Source: Thermoplasmata archaeon (lineage in GTDB: Archaea; Thermoplasmatota; Thermoplasmata; Halarchaeoplasmatales; Halarchaeoplasmataceae). From it: a stretch of 49,190 nt of DNA. This document shows, one piece after another, positions 38,477 to 48,195 of this stretch. The notes below the pieces were generated by a model. The model did not search any database. It worked only from the letters and a program-made list of their open reading frames with translations, and was not told the origin of the DNA. The stretch spans positions 1 to 49,190 of the forward strand of contig JAFDUB010000001.1 in NCBI GenBank assembly GCA_019594025.1. The letters are read 5' to 3'. Both the position numbers and the translations under genes were made by a program. Each line of letters opens with the position of its first letter. The stretch's first letter is position 1.

Positions 38477-40906
38477 ATGGTTGACATCCAGAAGCAAAAA
38501 AAAGATGGTAATGAATTCGTAGGCCGGAAAAGAGAACTAAACAAATTACAGAGCTATATGGCTAAAGCATTGGAATCAAAGGGCCAGCTAGTCCTTATAA
38601 ACGGAGAAGCCGGGGTTGGTAAGACAGTATTTGCAGAAGAGTTTGCGGATATGTGCAGGGAACAGGGTTTCAAAGTATTACGGGGAAGATGTCTTTACTT
38701 CGAAAGTACGGATCCTTATATCCCCTTTTTCGAGGCCTTGAAAGACCACATTTCACCCGAAGAAAAAGATACAGACAACAATGTTGGTATTGGTGTTACG
38801 GGATATGGTGTCTCTCAGACCCGCTCCGGTGGAGTCCCTATGGGTCTACTCGGTGTGGCTGCAGAAGAGGAGGAACATGAAACCATAGATATATCCTTCT
38901 CCGATAGAAGGGAGATAATGTTTGATAAGGTAACGGACCTGATCCAAAGTCTAGCGGAAAAGGACCCTGTACTTTTTTTCATAGATGACCTTCAGTGGAT
39001 AGATGGGGCTTCAGCTCAACTACTCCATCATCTGACACGACACATTAGATATAACAGAGTGCTCATCCTTGGAGCCTACAGACCTGAAGAATTGAAAGTT
39101 GATGAGGATTTTCCCCTGGAATCCGTATTGGATCGGATGAAGGAGGAGAAACTTTTCGAGGAAATCGAGCTAAAGCGGTTACCTTTTAAAGATTCGTCCC
39201 TGATGATAAAGAAAATTTTAAAATCTGAAGCCCTACCGCAATCTTTCCTACTCATGCTTTACAGAGAAACTGAAGGCAATCCCTATTATATAACAGAAAT
39301 ACTTAATTCTATGGTGGAGGAAGGCATCATCGACCCTTACTCCTATGACTGGAATCCCGAGGAAACCTTAACGGATGTAATTGTTCCTCCCTCCATAAAG
39401 GACATAACGAGTAGACGGATAGAACGCCTCAGTCAAAAAGAAAAAAAGGTTTTAATGTATGCATCGGTCATCGGTACCGAGTTCGACTTTCAGGTATTAG
39501 AGAACTCCATGAGATTGGATGTGATTGAACTATTGGATATAATCGATGAGCTTGAGAATAGAGGGTTGATACATGAAAAAGAAAGTGTTGAGGAGGAAGT
39601 GTTCAGGTTTAACCACGTTCAGATTCGATTGACCATGTACTCGAGTTTAGGTAAAAGTCGCAAGCGTGTACTGCACAATCAAATAGGAAAGGCAATCGAA
39701 GAGGTGTATCAAGATAACATTGAGGAATATGTATTCGCTCTCGGTAGGCACTTCTATGAAGGTAAAAATTATGACAGGGCCTATGATTATTCTTTAAAAG
39801 CTGCGGAAAAGGCTCTCGGCAGCTTCGCCATCGAGAATGCAATCGAGCATTTCCAGAAAGCTCGAGATTCGTTGAAGTATATCGAAGTCGAGGACAAAGA
39901 GCAAAAGGAAATCGAGCTACTCGAACAGATCGGTCATCTAGCTTATGATGTGAGCGATTGGGACGCCGCTCGAAATGCCTTTAACACTCTATTGGAACTG
40001 TCAAAGAAAAGAGATAACAGAGAGCTTGAAGCAGAATCTTTGAGGATGCTAGCCAATATTTTAAGGGATATACAGAAATACTCAGAGTCGGAATCGTATT
40101 ATCAACAGTCTTTGAAAATATCTGAGGACATTGGGTATGCTGAAGGTATTGCAGATTCACATAAAGGATTAGGTTATATCCATTGGCGAGAAGGCATGTT
40201 TAAGGAGGCGGTGGAGCATTACGGGACCGCAGTCAAAGTAGCCCAAGAATCAGATGTAAAGTCCATATTGTCTCTTACCTATATCGACTTGGGAAATACA
40301 TACGCCCATCGGGGAGAAAACGACCAAGCAATAGAGTATTATTTAAAGGCCATACCTTCCTTAAAAGAGCAAAATTCATGGAGAGAGTTGGCAAGGGCTT
40401 ACAACAACCTAGGCGATCAATACATGAAAAAAGAAGAATGGGATAAGGTAATAGAAACCTTCGATAAAACCATCGAGTACGCCAAAAAGATTGGAAACAA
40501 AACGTTCGTGGGTTGGGGTTATTTCAACAAAGCTGAAGCTTTAGCTAGGATGGGTAATACCAACGAAGCAGAGATTTACGCTAAAAGGGCTGAAAGCATA
40601 GTGAGGAAGCTGAGCGATTTGTTGGGAATATCGTCGGCATATCGGGTACGGGGAATTATAGGGAGGATAGAGGAAAATTATGATGACGCTCTTAAACATA
40701 TGTGGAAAGCTATGGATGTTATAGCGGATATGGACATTCCCTTTACTAAAGCGGAAACCAAGTACAACATCGGTTTAATTTATCTGGATAAAGGAGACAT
40801 CGAAAAGGCGAAAATGTACTTCGAAGACGCTAAATCAACATTTGAAAGAATCGGGGCCGAGCAGTATCTGAAAAAAGTGGACTCCCGATTATCTCAGCTT
40901 TCATAG
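38477..40906 (+). CDS. STAND-class NTPase (AAA_16-like) + TPR array, no N-terminal effector
   Basis: FVGRKRE at residue ~13, GEAGVGKT, LFFIDDLQWID, EGNPYY, TPRs (AYNNLGDQY). Confidence 0.88.
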   Translation: MVDIQKQKKDGNEFVGRKRELNKLQSYMAKALESKGQLVLINGEAGVGKTVFAEEFADMCREQGFKVLRGRCLYFESTDPYIPFFEALKDHISPEEKDTDNNVGIGVTGYGVSQTRSGGVPMGLLGVAAEEEEHETIDISFSDRREIMFDKVTDLIQSLAEKDPVLFFIDDLQWIDGASAQLLHHLTRHIRYNRVLILGAYRPEELKVDEDFPLESVLDRMKEEKLFEEIELKRLPFKDSSLMIKKILKSEALPQSFLLMLYRETEGNPYYITEILNSMVEEGIIDPYSYDWNPEETLTDVIVPPSIKDITSRRIERLSQKEKKVLMYASVIGTEFDFQVLENSMRLDVIELLDIIDELENRGLIHEKESVEEEVFRFNHVQIRLTMYSSLGKSRKRVLHNQIGKAIEEVYQDNIEEYVFALGRHFYEGKNYDRAYDYSLKAAEKALGSFAIENAIEHFQKARDSLKYIEVEDKEQKEIELLEQIGHLAYDVSDWDAARNAFNTLLELSKKRDNRELEAESLRMLANILRDIQKYSESESYYQQSLKISEDIGYAEGIADSHKGLGYIHWREGMFKEAVEHYGTAVKVAQESDVKSILSLTYIDLGNTYAHRGENDQAIEYYLKAIPSLKEQNSWRELARAYNNLGDQYMKKEEWDKVIETFDKTIEYAKKIGNKTFVGWGYFNKAEALARMGNTNEAEIYAKRAESIVRKLSDLLGISSAYRVRGIIGRIEENYDDALKHMWKAMDVIADMDIPFTKAETKYNIGLIYLDKGDIEKAKMYFEDAKSTFERIGAEQYLKKVDSRLSQLS

Positions 40907-40940
40907 GATAATTGAGTATTACAGTATCATAAGCACTTTT

Positions 40941-41393
40941 TTAAGGGTATATCCATTCTTCTTCGATTCGATGATATTCTAAGTACTCTTCGTCGTCGAA
41001 AAAGATGCTTAGCTCTCTATCGGCGCTTTCTTGTGAGTCCGAAGCATGTACGATGTTTCTTGAAATATCTATGGCAAAGTCCCCACGAACAGTACCGGGT
41101 GCTGCATCTTTTGGATCGGTTTTACCCATCAATTTTCTAACGACTTTTACGGCTGAATCCCCGGTAAGGGCCATAACAACTACTGGTCCCGAACATATAT
41201 AGCTCAAAAGGGGCTCGTAGAAATCCTTTCCCTCATGCTCTTTGTAGTGTATCGAGGCGGTTTTATTGTCCACCTCTATCATCTTCATCGCTGAGACCCT
41301 TAATCCCTTGTTTTCAAAGCGAGAAATAACTCTCCCAATTTTTCCTCTCTGCACACAGTCAGGTTTCAGCATAACAAAGGTGGTCTCTTGCAT
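40941..41393 (-). CDS. ndk: Nucleoside diphosphate kinase
   Basis: TFVMLKPD, PGTVRGDF, NIVHASDS. Confidence 0.97.
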   Translation of the reverse strand: MQETTFVMLKPDCVQRGKIGRVISRFENKGLRVSAMKMIEVDNKTASIHYKEHEGKDFYEPLLSYICSGPVVVMALTGDSAVKVVRKLMGKTDPKDAAPGTVRGDFAIDISRNIVHASDSQESADRELSIFFDDEEYLEYHRIEEEWIYP

Positions 41394-41404
41394 AGTATTT
41401 CCTT

Positions 41405-41662
41405 CTATTTATTTATTCTCTTGATTTTCTTACGTGTACCCTTTTTACGTGTACCCTTTTTCGGATACACTTTAATAGCCTTCTCTTGGGCATACTTCCG
41501 GGTCCAACGGGTTTCTCGATTCTTTCTTTTCAAATCAATCATATTCTTTTTGCATTTCCCCGTACAGAAGTGGAATACCGCTCCGTCTGTTTTAACGTAG
41601 ATCTTGCCAGTACCCGGCTCTATCTTACTACCACAAAATGAGCACTGTCTAGCTTCAACCAT
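41405..41662 (-). CDS. rpl24e: 50S ribosomal protein L24e
   Basis: CSFCG..IEPGTG, FC..KC, WT. Confidence 0.95.
   Translation of the reverse strand: MVEARQCSFCGSKIEPGTGKIYVKTDGAVFHFCTGKCKKNMIDLKRKNRETRWTRKYAQEKAIKVYPKKGTRKKGTRKKIKRINK
41430..41461. repeat. Perfect 15-bp tandem repeat TTACGTGTACCCTTT x2 in the rpl24e 3' end
   Basis: Units at 41430-41444 and 41445-41459; encodes KKGTRKKGTRKK. Confidence 0.9.
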
Positions 41663-41663
41663 C

Positions 41664-41876
41664 CTATCTAACTCCGATGCTTCTTGCTTCTCTTGCAGTT
41701 TCTCTCAACATCAGGATGTCACCTTTTTTAACAGGCCCCATTACGTTTCTGGTAATTATACGTCCTTCGTCCCGGCCTTCGAGTACCCTGACCTTAACCT
41801 GAACAGCCTCACCGGTCATGCCTGTCCTACCGATGATCTCAATGACCTCTCCAGGTGTTCCTTCATATTCTGCCAT
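41664..41876 (-). CDS. rps28e: 30S ribosomal protein S28e
   Basis: [24 protein letters not shown]. Confidence 0.96.
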   Translation of the reverse strand: MAEYEGTPGEVIEIIGRTGMTGEAVQVKVRVLEGRDEGRIITRNVMGPVKKGDILMLRETAREARSIGVR

Positions 41877-41897
41877 GATTTAGCTCCTTTTAGGCAT

Positions 41898-42263
41898 CTA
41901 TTTTAATTTAGAAAGTTCCTTGATCAATTCTTCTAACATCTGTTCGCCTTTACCACCGTCGATAATGGCCACAGATGCTGAGGGGGCATCTAAACCCGAG
42001 GCTCCACCTAACTCCTGTTTGGATGGTACGTAGGCATAGGGTACTTCTCGTTCTTTACAAAGAAGGGGTATATGTGCCAGTATTTCAGGGGGATTTACAT
42101 CCTCAGCCATTACAACTAATTTGGCAGTACCTCTTTCTACGACCTTTGTAACCTCGTTTGTTCCTTTCCTTAGTTTACCCGTGTCTCTGGCCATCTCCAC
42201 CGCTTCATAGGTCTTTGTGGTTAGTTCCTCGGGCATTTCGAAATTTACATATATTTTTGACAT
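41898..42263 (-). CDS. rpl7ae: 50S ribosomal protein L7Ae
   Basis: [24 protein letters not shown]. Confidence 0.97.
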   Translation of the reverse strand: MSKIYVNFEMPEELTTKTYEAVEMARDTGKLRKGTNEVTKVVERGTAKLVVMAEDVNPPEILAHIPLLCKEREVPYAYVPSKQELGGASGLDAPSASVAIIDGGKGEQMLEELIKELSKLK

Positions 42264-42277
42264 TTATCGCACCTCGT

Positions 42278-42346
42278 TCGGACTTATTATAGTCTTCACA
42301 ATTCATTGGCTGCTATGTAGGAAACGCACGTTTCCTTCACGAAGCA
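42278..42346 (-). promoter_or_regulatory. Structured 5' leader of rpl7ae with a kink-turn-like core
   Basis: Hairpin 1 UGCU..GUG-A-AGGAAACG/CGUUUCCU-A-CAU-AGCA; hairpin 2 GUGAAGACU-loop-AGUCCGA just before the GAGGUG SD. Confidence 0.5.
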
Positions 42347-42453
42347 AATCCTCAACAAAGGGTGACATATAAAAAACTTTCTTAACAATTCTGCCAAGAT
42401 CGGTATTAATCCAGGGAAAAATTTATTACCTTCCTAAGACGCATTAAAATAAT

Positions 42454-43314
42454 ATGGGATACAGAAGTAAAACCCTAGGTATATTCGCCTTTATGATCGT
42501 ATTCTTCATACTAGTCGGTTATCTGATAGGCCAGTTTTTCATGGGTGACTGGATCCTGGGTTCGATAATGTTCCTGGGAATCGCCGGTCTGTTCAACGCC
42601 GTGGCCTATTTCTACAGCCATAAATTCATTTTGAAAGCATACCGGGCGAAGGTGGTAGATGAAAATGAAGCCCCTCGTTTGTACAACATTGTAAAACAGG
42701 TCGCCTTCGAGGCTGATATCAAAATGCCGAAGGTGGCTGTAATGCCCATGTCGATACCCAACGCCTTCGCTACCGGTCGCAACGAAGATAACGCCGTCGT
42801 GGCAGCCACCGAAGGACTCCTTTCTCGCCTTAACGACGAAGAGTTGAAGGGTGTTATCGCACACGAGGTTGCTCATATAAAGAACAGGGATATGCTGGTA
42901 ATGAGCGTCGCAGCCACACTTGCAGGAGCTATCGCCTTTATGGCTAGAATGGCCTGGTTCCAGCTGTTCTTCGGAAGAAGAAGAGGTAACCCCATTTTAT
43001 TGGTCGCGTTGATACTAGCGCCCATAGGGGCTATAATAATCAAAATGACAATTTCACGTAAAAGGGAGTACTACGCCGACGAACAGGGTGCTCGTATATC
43101 TAAAAATCCTAACGCACTAGCGGATGCCCTTGAAAAGCTGCACTCCGAAAACAAAAGAAACCCCATCCGGAAAGGTAATCCCACAACAGCATCCCTATTC
43201 ATAGTTAATCCGTTTAAAACCGGCGGCTTCGTTAATCTATTTTCTACCCACCCTCCCATGGAAGAACGGGTTAAGCGGTTGAGAGAGATGGCCGCTGACT
43301 TCAGTTATCTGTAG
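42454..43314 (+). CDS. htpX: Zinc metalloprotease HtpX (M48)
   Basis: PNAFATGR, HEVAH, SRKREYYAD, LFSTHPP. Confidence 0.95.
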   Translation: MGYRSKTLGIFAFMIVFFILVGYLIGQFFMGDWILGSIMFLGIAGLFNAVAYFYSHKFILKAYRAKVVDENEAPRLYNIVKQVAFEADIKMPKVAVMPMSIPNAFATGRNEDNAVVAATEGLLSRLNDEELKGVIAHEVAHIKNRDMLVMSVAATLAGAIAFMARMAWFQLFFGRRRGNPILLVALILAPIGAIIIKMTISRKREYYADEQGARISKNPNALADALEKLHSENKRNPIRKGNPTTASLFIVNPFKTGGFVNLFSTHPPMEERVKRLREMAADFSYL

Positions 43315-43432
43315 TGGAATTTGTAACTGTTTGAACTAAGTTACGAGCTTCAAAGTTAGTCAATACCCAAAAAAATCGAGTAATTAACTACGTAAGGTAA
43401 GGTATAAGTACCCTAAACCTTTACCCACCAGC

Positions 43433-44362
43433 ATGGTAACGTGTTCAGCTCCTGGTAAAGTTATCCTTTTCGGCGAACATGCGGTAGTTTATGGAGAACC
43501 AGCTGTAGCTATAGCCATCGATAAACGCTTTCGATGCGCGATGTACCCCGCTGATGGGGACGTAACCACGGTTAACGGACTTGTTTTCGATCCTGAGAAG
43601 CAAAATTACCTAAATTGTGCCATGGAAAAACTAGGGGTAACTGAAAAGTTGGACATATACACTTCTACCGAGCTTATAAGCGGGGCCGGCATGGGCTCTT
43701 CCGCAGCCGTTACCGTAGCATCTCTAAGATGTTTATACGAGATGATGGAATCGGTTGATAAAGAGACGCTCGCTAAAACGGCCTTCGAGGTGGAATACAA
43801 AGTCCAGGGGAACGCGAGTCCTATAGACACCTCTACTTCTACCGAAGGTGGTGGAATAGTGGTATCATCTACCAAAGGACCGGGTTTTCTTTGGGATATC
43901 AATAAAGGCGATAAAACCTGGAATATACACAAAAGTGATATCCCAAAATTGAAGCTGGTCTTGGGAAATACCGGTGTTCACTCTCCGACTGGAAAATTGG
44001 TCGCTAAGATCAAGGAGTTTTATAAACGGAGCAGTTACGCTAGAGATATAATAAACGAGGTGGGTGTTTTGGTAGAAAGGGGTCACGAGGCCCTGAAAAC
44101 CGAAGACCTAGTCGAAGTAGGCCGCTTGATGGATCAAAATCAACGCCTCTTATCTTGTTTGGGGGTAAGTCATCCAAAACTTGACATCCTCATCGATGCC
44201 GCAAGAAAACACTCTTACGGAGCGAAACTGACCGGTGTAGGAGGCGGCGGTATCATGATGGCCCTTACGGATGAACCGGAAGAGACAACTAAGGCTATCG
44301 AAGAGGCCGGTGGACAGGCATATATATTGACGTCCACTAACAAGGGGCTCACATTCAAATGA
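43433..44362 (+). CDS. mvk: Mevalonate kinase, typical archaeal type
   Basis: SAPGKVILFGEHAVVYG, GAGMGSSAA, QGNASPID, GAKLTG.GGGG. Confidence 0.88.
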   Translation: MVTCSAPGKVILFGEHAVVYGEPAVAIAIDKRFRCAMYPADGDVTTVNGLVFDPEKQNYLNCAMEKLGVTEKLDIYTSTELISGAGMGSSAAVTVASLRCLYEMMESVDKETLAKTAFEVEYKVQGNASPIDTSTSTEGGGIVVSSTKGPGFLWDINKGDKTWNIHKSDIPKLKLVLGNTGVHSPTGKLVAKIKEFYKRSSYARDIINEVGVLVERGHEALKTEDLVEVGRLMDQNQRLLSCLGVSHPKLDILIDAARKHSYGAKLTGVGGGGIMMALTDEPEETTKAIEEAGGQAYILTSTNKGLTFK

Positions 44363-44464
44363 ACCGTATATTAACAGTGGTGTAGTGCCCTAAATCCACA
44401 ATGTTTAAATATCATACATCTCACTCTTTATCAGCACGTACATATAATGGCCAGAGGTTAAAAT

Positions 44465-45391
44465 ATGATAGAAGGAAAAGGTTATGGAAAATGTATACTT
44501 TTTAACGAACATTTTGTTGTGTATAACATACCGTCGATCGTTTCAGCTATCGGAGACTATACGTTAGCAACGGTGGAGGCTACCGAGTCAGGGGGAGTTC
44601 GATTGATCGATGATCGACCTGCTACCCCCGGTTACAAGGAGGGAAAGTTGGAGCATCAAAAGGATTCTCTCCGCCGTATTTTGGAGGCCATGGGTATAGA
44701 TTCCGATGAAAATCTGAAGATCACGTTGGGCGGGACCCTTTACTGTGCTTCCGGTGTCGGAGCATCGGCAGCTTCCTGTACAGCGATCGCCAGGGCGCTT
44801 AACCGGTACTTCGATATGGGGATGGATGATGATCAAATCAATGAAATCGCATATGAAGGGGAGAAGGGCTATCACGGAACGCCCTCGGGAGTGGATAACG
44901 CTGCTTCAACTTACGGCGGACTGATATGGTTTGTAAGGGGTGAAGAGAACACCTTTGAGCCCATATCGTTGAAGGAACCTGTGGAGATTGTCATGGGAAA
45001 TACCGGTAAGGTGGCCAATACCAAAGCTGCGGTCGCTGGGGTGAGGGAGCGAAAAGAGAAATACCCTGAGAAGTACGAAGAGATATTCGAAAAAGCAAGA
45101 AAACTTGCACACGATGCTCGAGAAGCTTTAGAGGCACAGGACACAAAAAAAGTTGGAGAACTGATGAACCGCAATCATTCGCTGCTGCAGGATATCGAGG
45201 TGTCCGATGAGGATCTGGATATGCTGGTCGAAACCGCACGCTCCGCCGGTGCGGTAGGTGCAAAGATGACCGGCGGTGGACTGGGAGGTTATATGGTAGC
45301 ACTTACTCCCGGGAAAAAGCTGCAGGAGGCGGTGGCCAAGGCTATGGAAGATAAGGGATTCAGGGTCCTGCGAACGAGGATAGGAGTTTAA
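44465..45391 (+). CDS. mvk: Second mevalonate kinase (divergent type)
   Basis: GKCILFNEHFVVY, SGVGASAA, HGTPSGVDN, GAKMTGGGLGG; heads the ubiD-acnX operon. Confidence 0.85.
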   Translation: MIEGKGYGKCILFNEHFVVYNIPSIVSAIGDYTLATVEATESGGVRLIDDRPATPGYKEGKLEHQKDSLRRILEAMGIDSDENLKITLGGTLYCASGVGASAASCTAIARALNRYFDMGMDDDQINEIAYEGEKGYHGTPSGVDNAASTYGGLIWFVRGEENTFEPISLKEPVEIVMGNTGKVANTKAAVAGVRERKEKYPEKYEEIFEKARKLAHDAREALEAQDTKKVGELMNRNHSLLQDIEVSDEDLDMLVETARSAGAVGAKMTGGGLGGYMVALTPGKKLQEAVAKAMEDKGFRVLRTRIGV

Positions 45392-45399
45392 AAGGTGAT

Positions 45400-46716
45400 G
45401 TGATGCATCTTAGACCATTTTTAAATAAGCTGGAAAAAGAAGGAAAATTGTTACATGTTGATAAGGAAGTTGACCACAAATACGAAGTTGCCAGTGTGAT
45501 GAATTCTTTGGAAGAGAGACCCACCATTTTTGAAAATATAGAGGGTTTCTCGTTCCCGGTCTTCGGAGGTATCACATCGAATAGAGACTTGATCGCCGAG
45601 AGTATGGATACTAGCAAGGAGATGCTTATGCCTAAACTTGTGGAAGCTCTGCGTAATCCCATAGAGTGCGATGTAGTCTCGGAGGCACCCTGTCAGGAAG
45701 TGGTGTTGAAGGGTGATGAAGTTGATCTGGATATGCTGCCCATGCTGCACCATCTCCCAGGTGACGGTGGTAGGTACGGAACTGCAACCGTAGCTGTGAT
45801 CAAAGACCCGGATACAGGCAGGAACGCTTCGTATCATAGGATAATGCAGGTGGGAAAAAATAGATGCACAGCTAGATTGATACCAAAAAGGCAGACTAGG
45901 ACTACCTACGATAAAATCGACGGCGATCTTGAAATGGCTATTTGCGTCGGTAACTCGGTACAGGTGATGATAGCTGCTTCACTAGGCCCTCCTTCCGAAG
46001 TGGACGAACTAGAGATCGCCAATTCTCTCGACGAAACTCCTTTGGTCAAATGTATCACAAAGGATCTGGAGGTTCCTGCACAGTCGGAATTCGTATTGGA
46101 AGGAAGGATCACACGCGAACTCGATAGGGAAGGTCCTTTTGTTGATCTAACCGAGACTAGGGATATAGAGCGTCAGGAGCCTGTTTTTGTGGTCGATTGC
46201 ATAACACATCGCAGGGACGCAATGTGGCAGATGTTGTTGCCCGGGAGGATGGAGCACAAGATACTGATGGGTATGCCCAAGGAGCCAACTATTTACGACA
46301 AGGTCTCTCAGGTGGCTAACTGTAAAAACGTGCTGATCACTTTAGGCGGCGGCTCTTGGCTACACGGTATAGTACAGATAGAAAAAGAAGGTCCTAAAGA
46401 TGGCAAAAAAGCTATAGAGGCCGCCTTCAAAGGCCACGGCTCCATGAAGCACGTAGTGGTGGTGGATGAAGACGTCGATATTTACGATCATCTAAAAGTC
46501 GAGTGGGCTATTGCTACCCGTTTTCAGGGAGACAAAGATCTAGTGATACTGCCCGATCAACCTGGCTCTTCACTGGATCCAAGCGGCGATCACTCTGGTA
46601 AGAAGACGAAGACCACAAAGGTTGGTGTGGACGCCACCATCCCGAAGGATGTTGATCCTACGAAATACAAGAAGGAAACATACGAGGAAGTCGATGTAGA
46701 TGATTACCTGCGGTGA
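45400..46716 (+). CDS. UbiD-family decarboxylase, probably trans-anhydromevalonate 5-phosphate decarboxylase
   Basis: YHR, EGPFVDLT, KHVVVVDEDVD, WAIATR, SSLDPS, DAT; context with mvk and acnX. Confidence 0.87.
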   Translation: MMHLRPFLNKLEKEGKLLHVDKEVDHKYEVASVMNSLEERPTIFENIEGFSFPVFGGITSNRDLIAESMDTSKEMLMPKLVEALRNPIECDVVSEAPCQEVVLKGDEVDLDMLPMLHHLPGDGGRYGTATVAVIKDPDTGRNASYHRIMQVGKNRCTARLIPKRQTRTTYDKIDGDLEMAICVGNSVQVMIAASLGPPSEVDELEIANSLDETPLVKCITKDLEVPAQSEFVLEGRITRELDREGPFVDLTETRDIERQEPVFVVDCITHRRDAMWQMLLPGRMEHKILMGMPKEPTIYDKVSQVANCKNVLITLGGGSWLHGIVQIEKEGPKDGKKAIEAAFKGHGSMKHVVVVDEDVDIYDHLKVEWAIATRFQGDKDLVILPDQPGSSLDPSGDHSGKKTKTTKVGVDATIPKDVDPTKYKKETYEEVDVDDYLR

Positions 46717-47017
46717 TGGTAGATATAGGGTTTGGTTAAAAACTCGAAAGATAGGTAAAGATCGTTTGTATATACTTGGAGGTGGTGAAACACCCCACAT
46801 AGGTAGTATGGTGGTAAAAAAACCGGGTAAGGATGTTCGGAGTATGATTCTTGAAGATCATAAAGACCACCTTGTTATGGAACCGATAGCTGAGAAAGCT
46901 TCCGACAAGTACGGTATCACGGCCGTGGTCGTGGGAGGCATCCATATAGAGGATGCTACGGAAGAAGAGATAGAGATAATAGTTAAAAATTGTAAAGAGT
47001 TGATGAAATGTATCTGA
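46700..47017 (+). CDS. LpdD-like small protein (putative prenylated-FMN chaperone)
   Basis: GG..PHIG, HKD, GIHIEDAT.EEI recalled as LpdD-family motifs; overlaps ubiD by 17 nt and acnX by 10 nt. Confidence 0.7.
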   Translation: MITCGDGRYRVWLKTRKIGKDRLYILGGGETPHIGSMVVKKPGKDVRSMILEDHKDHLVMEPIAEKASDKYGITAVVVGGIHIEDATEEEIEIIVKNCKELMKCI

Positions 47018-48195
47018 CCAAAGAAGAAGAGGGTATCTTAGAAGGAGAAAAAGGTCCCGTGCTTGAAAAATTGATGCGGCTGCTCGCCCGTCTCGGAGAC
47101 ATATATGGAGCGGAAAAGATGATCCCAGTGGGGTCAGTACAGGTTTCGGGAGTATCCTACAAGTCCGTCGGTGATCCTGGGCTCGCCTTTCTCGAGGATA
47201 TGGCATCCAAAGGAGCAAAGGTATCGGTCCTCACCTTTTTGAATCCCGCAGGGATGGACCTGGAGGACTGGGAAAAGATCGGCTTTCCACAGGATTTTGC
47301 GAAAAAACAGCTTAAGATCATGAACGCATTCAAGAAGATGGGTATCGTGGTTACATCAACATGCACTCCTTACTTAGCAGGTAATCTACCGCGGTTCAGA
47401 GAACACATAGCTTGGTCCGAATCCTCCGCAGTTTCTTTCGCCAACTCAGTAATATCTGCTCGAACCAATCGTGAAGGTGGGCCGAGTGCGCTAGCCGCCG
47501 CCGTACTGGAGAAAACACCTGAGTACGGACTGCATTTGGACGAGAATAGAAAGCCCGACGTATTGGTGGATGTATCCTGTAAGATCGAATCCGATGCAGA
47601 TTTTGGGGCCTTGGGTTGGTACATCGGTAAATCGGTGAAGAGTAAAATACCTTACTTCAAAGGACTACCGTCTTGGAGTACGACGGACGATCTAAAAGCG
47701 CTGGGTGCTGCCATGGCGGCTTCGGGTGCGGTAGCGCTGTACTATGCTGAAGGGTTGACACCCGAAGCACATCTTCAGGATGTTTCAGATATAGAAAAAA
47801 TAACGGTCGAGGAGGAGGACATGAAAGAGACCTATGCGGCACTGAATTCGGGTGAAAAGCCCGATATAGTTATCTTAGGCTGCCCCCACGCTTCGATCAG
47901 AGATATTCAGAAAGTTGCCTCATTGGTCAACGGTAAAAGTCTTAAAAAACCACTGTGGGTATGCACTTCACGGGTGATGAAAGAAGCGGCTGATCGTATG
48001 GGATATACTGATGTAATAGAGGAGGCTGGAGGTCGGATCGTGGCGGACACCTGTATGGTGGTTTCACCGATAGAGTCCATGGGATATGGGACCACTGGAT
48101 GCAGCTCCGGAAAGGCCGCTCAATATCTACCAGGCTTCTGTAAGCAGAAGGTTGTATTCAACTCCATCGAATCATTGATCAAGGAGGTGTTATAG
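47008..48195 (+). CDS. Aconitase X large subunit, probably phosphomevalonate dehydratase
   Basis: MYLTKEE, SGVSY, TCTPY, WSESSA, RTNRE, GCPH, DTCMVV (three Cys ligands). Confidence 0.9.
   Translation: MYLTKEEEGILEGEKGPVLEKLMRLLARLGDIYGAEKMIPVGSVQVSGVSYKSVGDPGLAFLEDMASKGAKVSVLTFLNPAGMDLEDWEKIGFPQDFAKKQLKIMNAFKKMGIVVTSTCTPYLAGNLPRFREHIAWSESSAVSFANSVISARTNREGGPSALAAAVLEKTPEYGLHLDENRKPDVLVDVSCKIESDADFGALGWYIGKSVKSKIPYFKGLPSWSTTDDLKALGAAMAASGAVALYYAEGLTPEAHLQDVSDIEKITVEEEDMKETYAALNSGEKPDIVILGCPHASIRDIQKVASLVNGKSLKKPLWVCTSRVMKEAADRMGYTDVIEEAGGRIVADTCMVVSPIESMGYGTTGCSSGKAAQYLPGFCKQKVVFNSIESLIKEVL

Noticed and set aside
11830..40906. Calling the two STAND proteins an Avs antiviral system
   Set aside because: No toxic effector domain and no defence-island context; the motifs fit AAA_16 signalling STANDs
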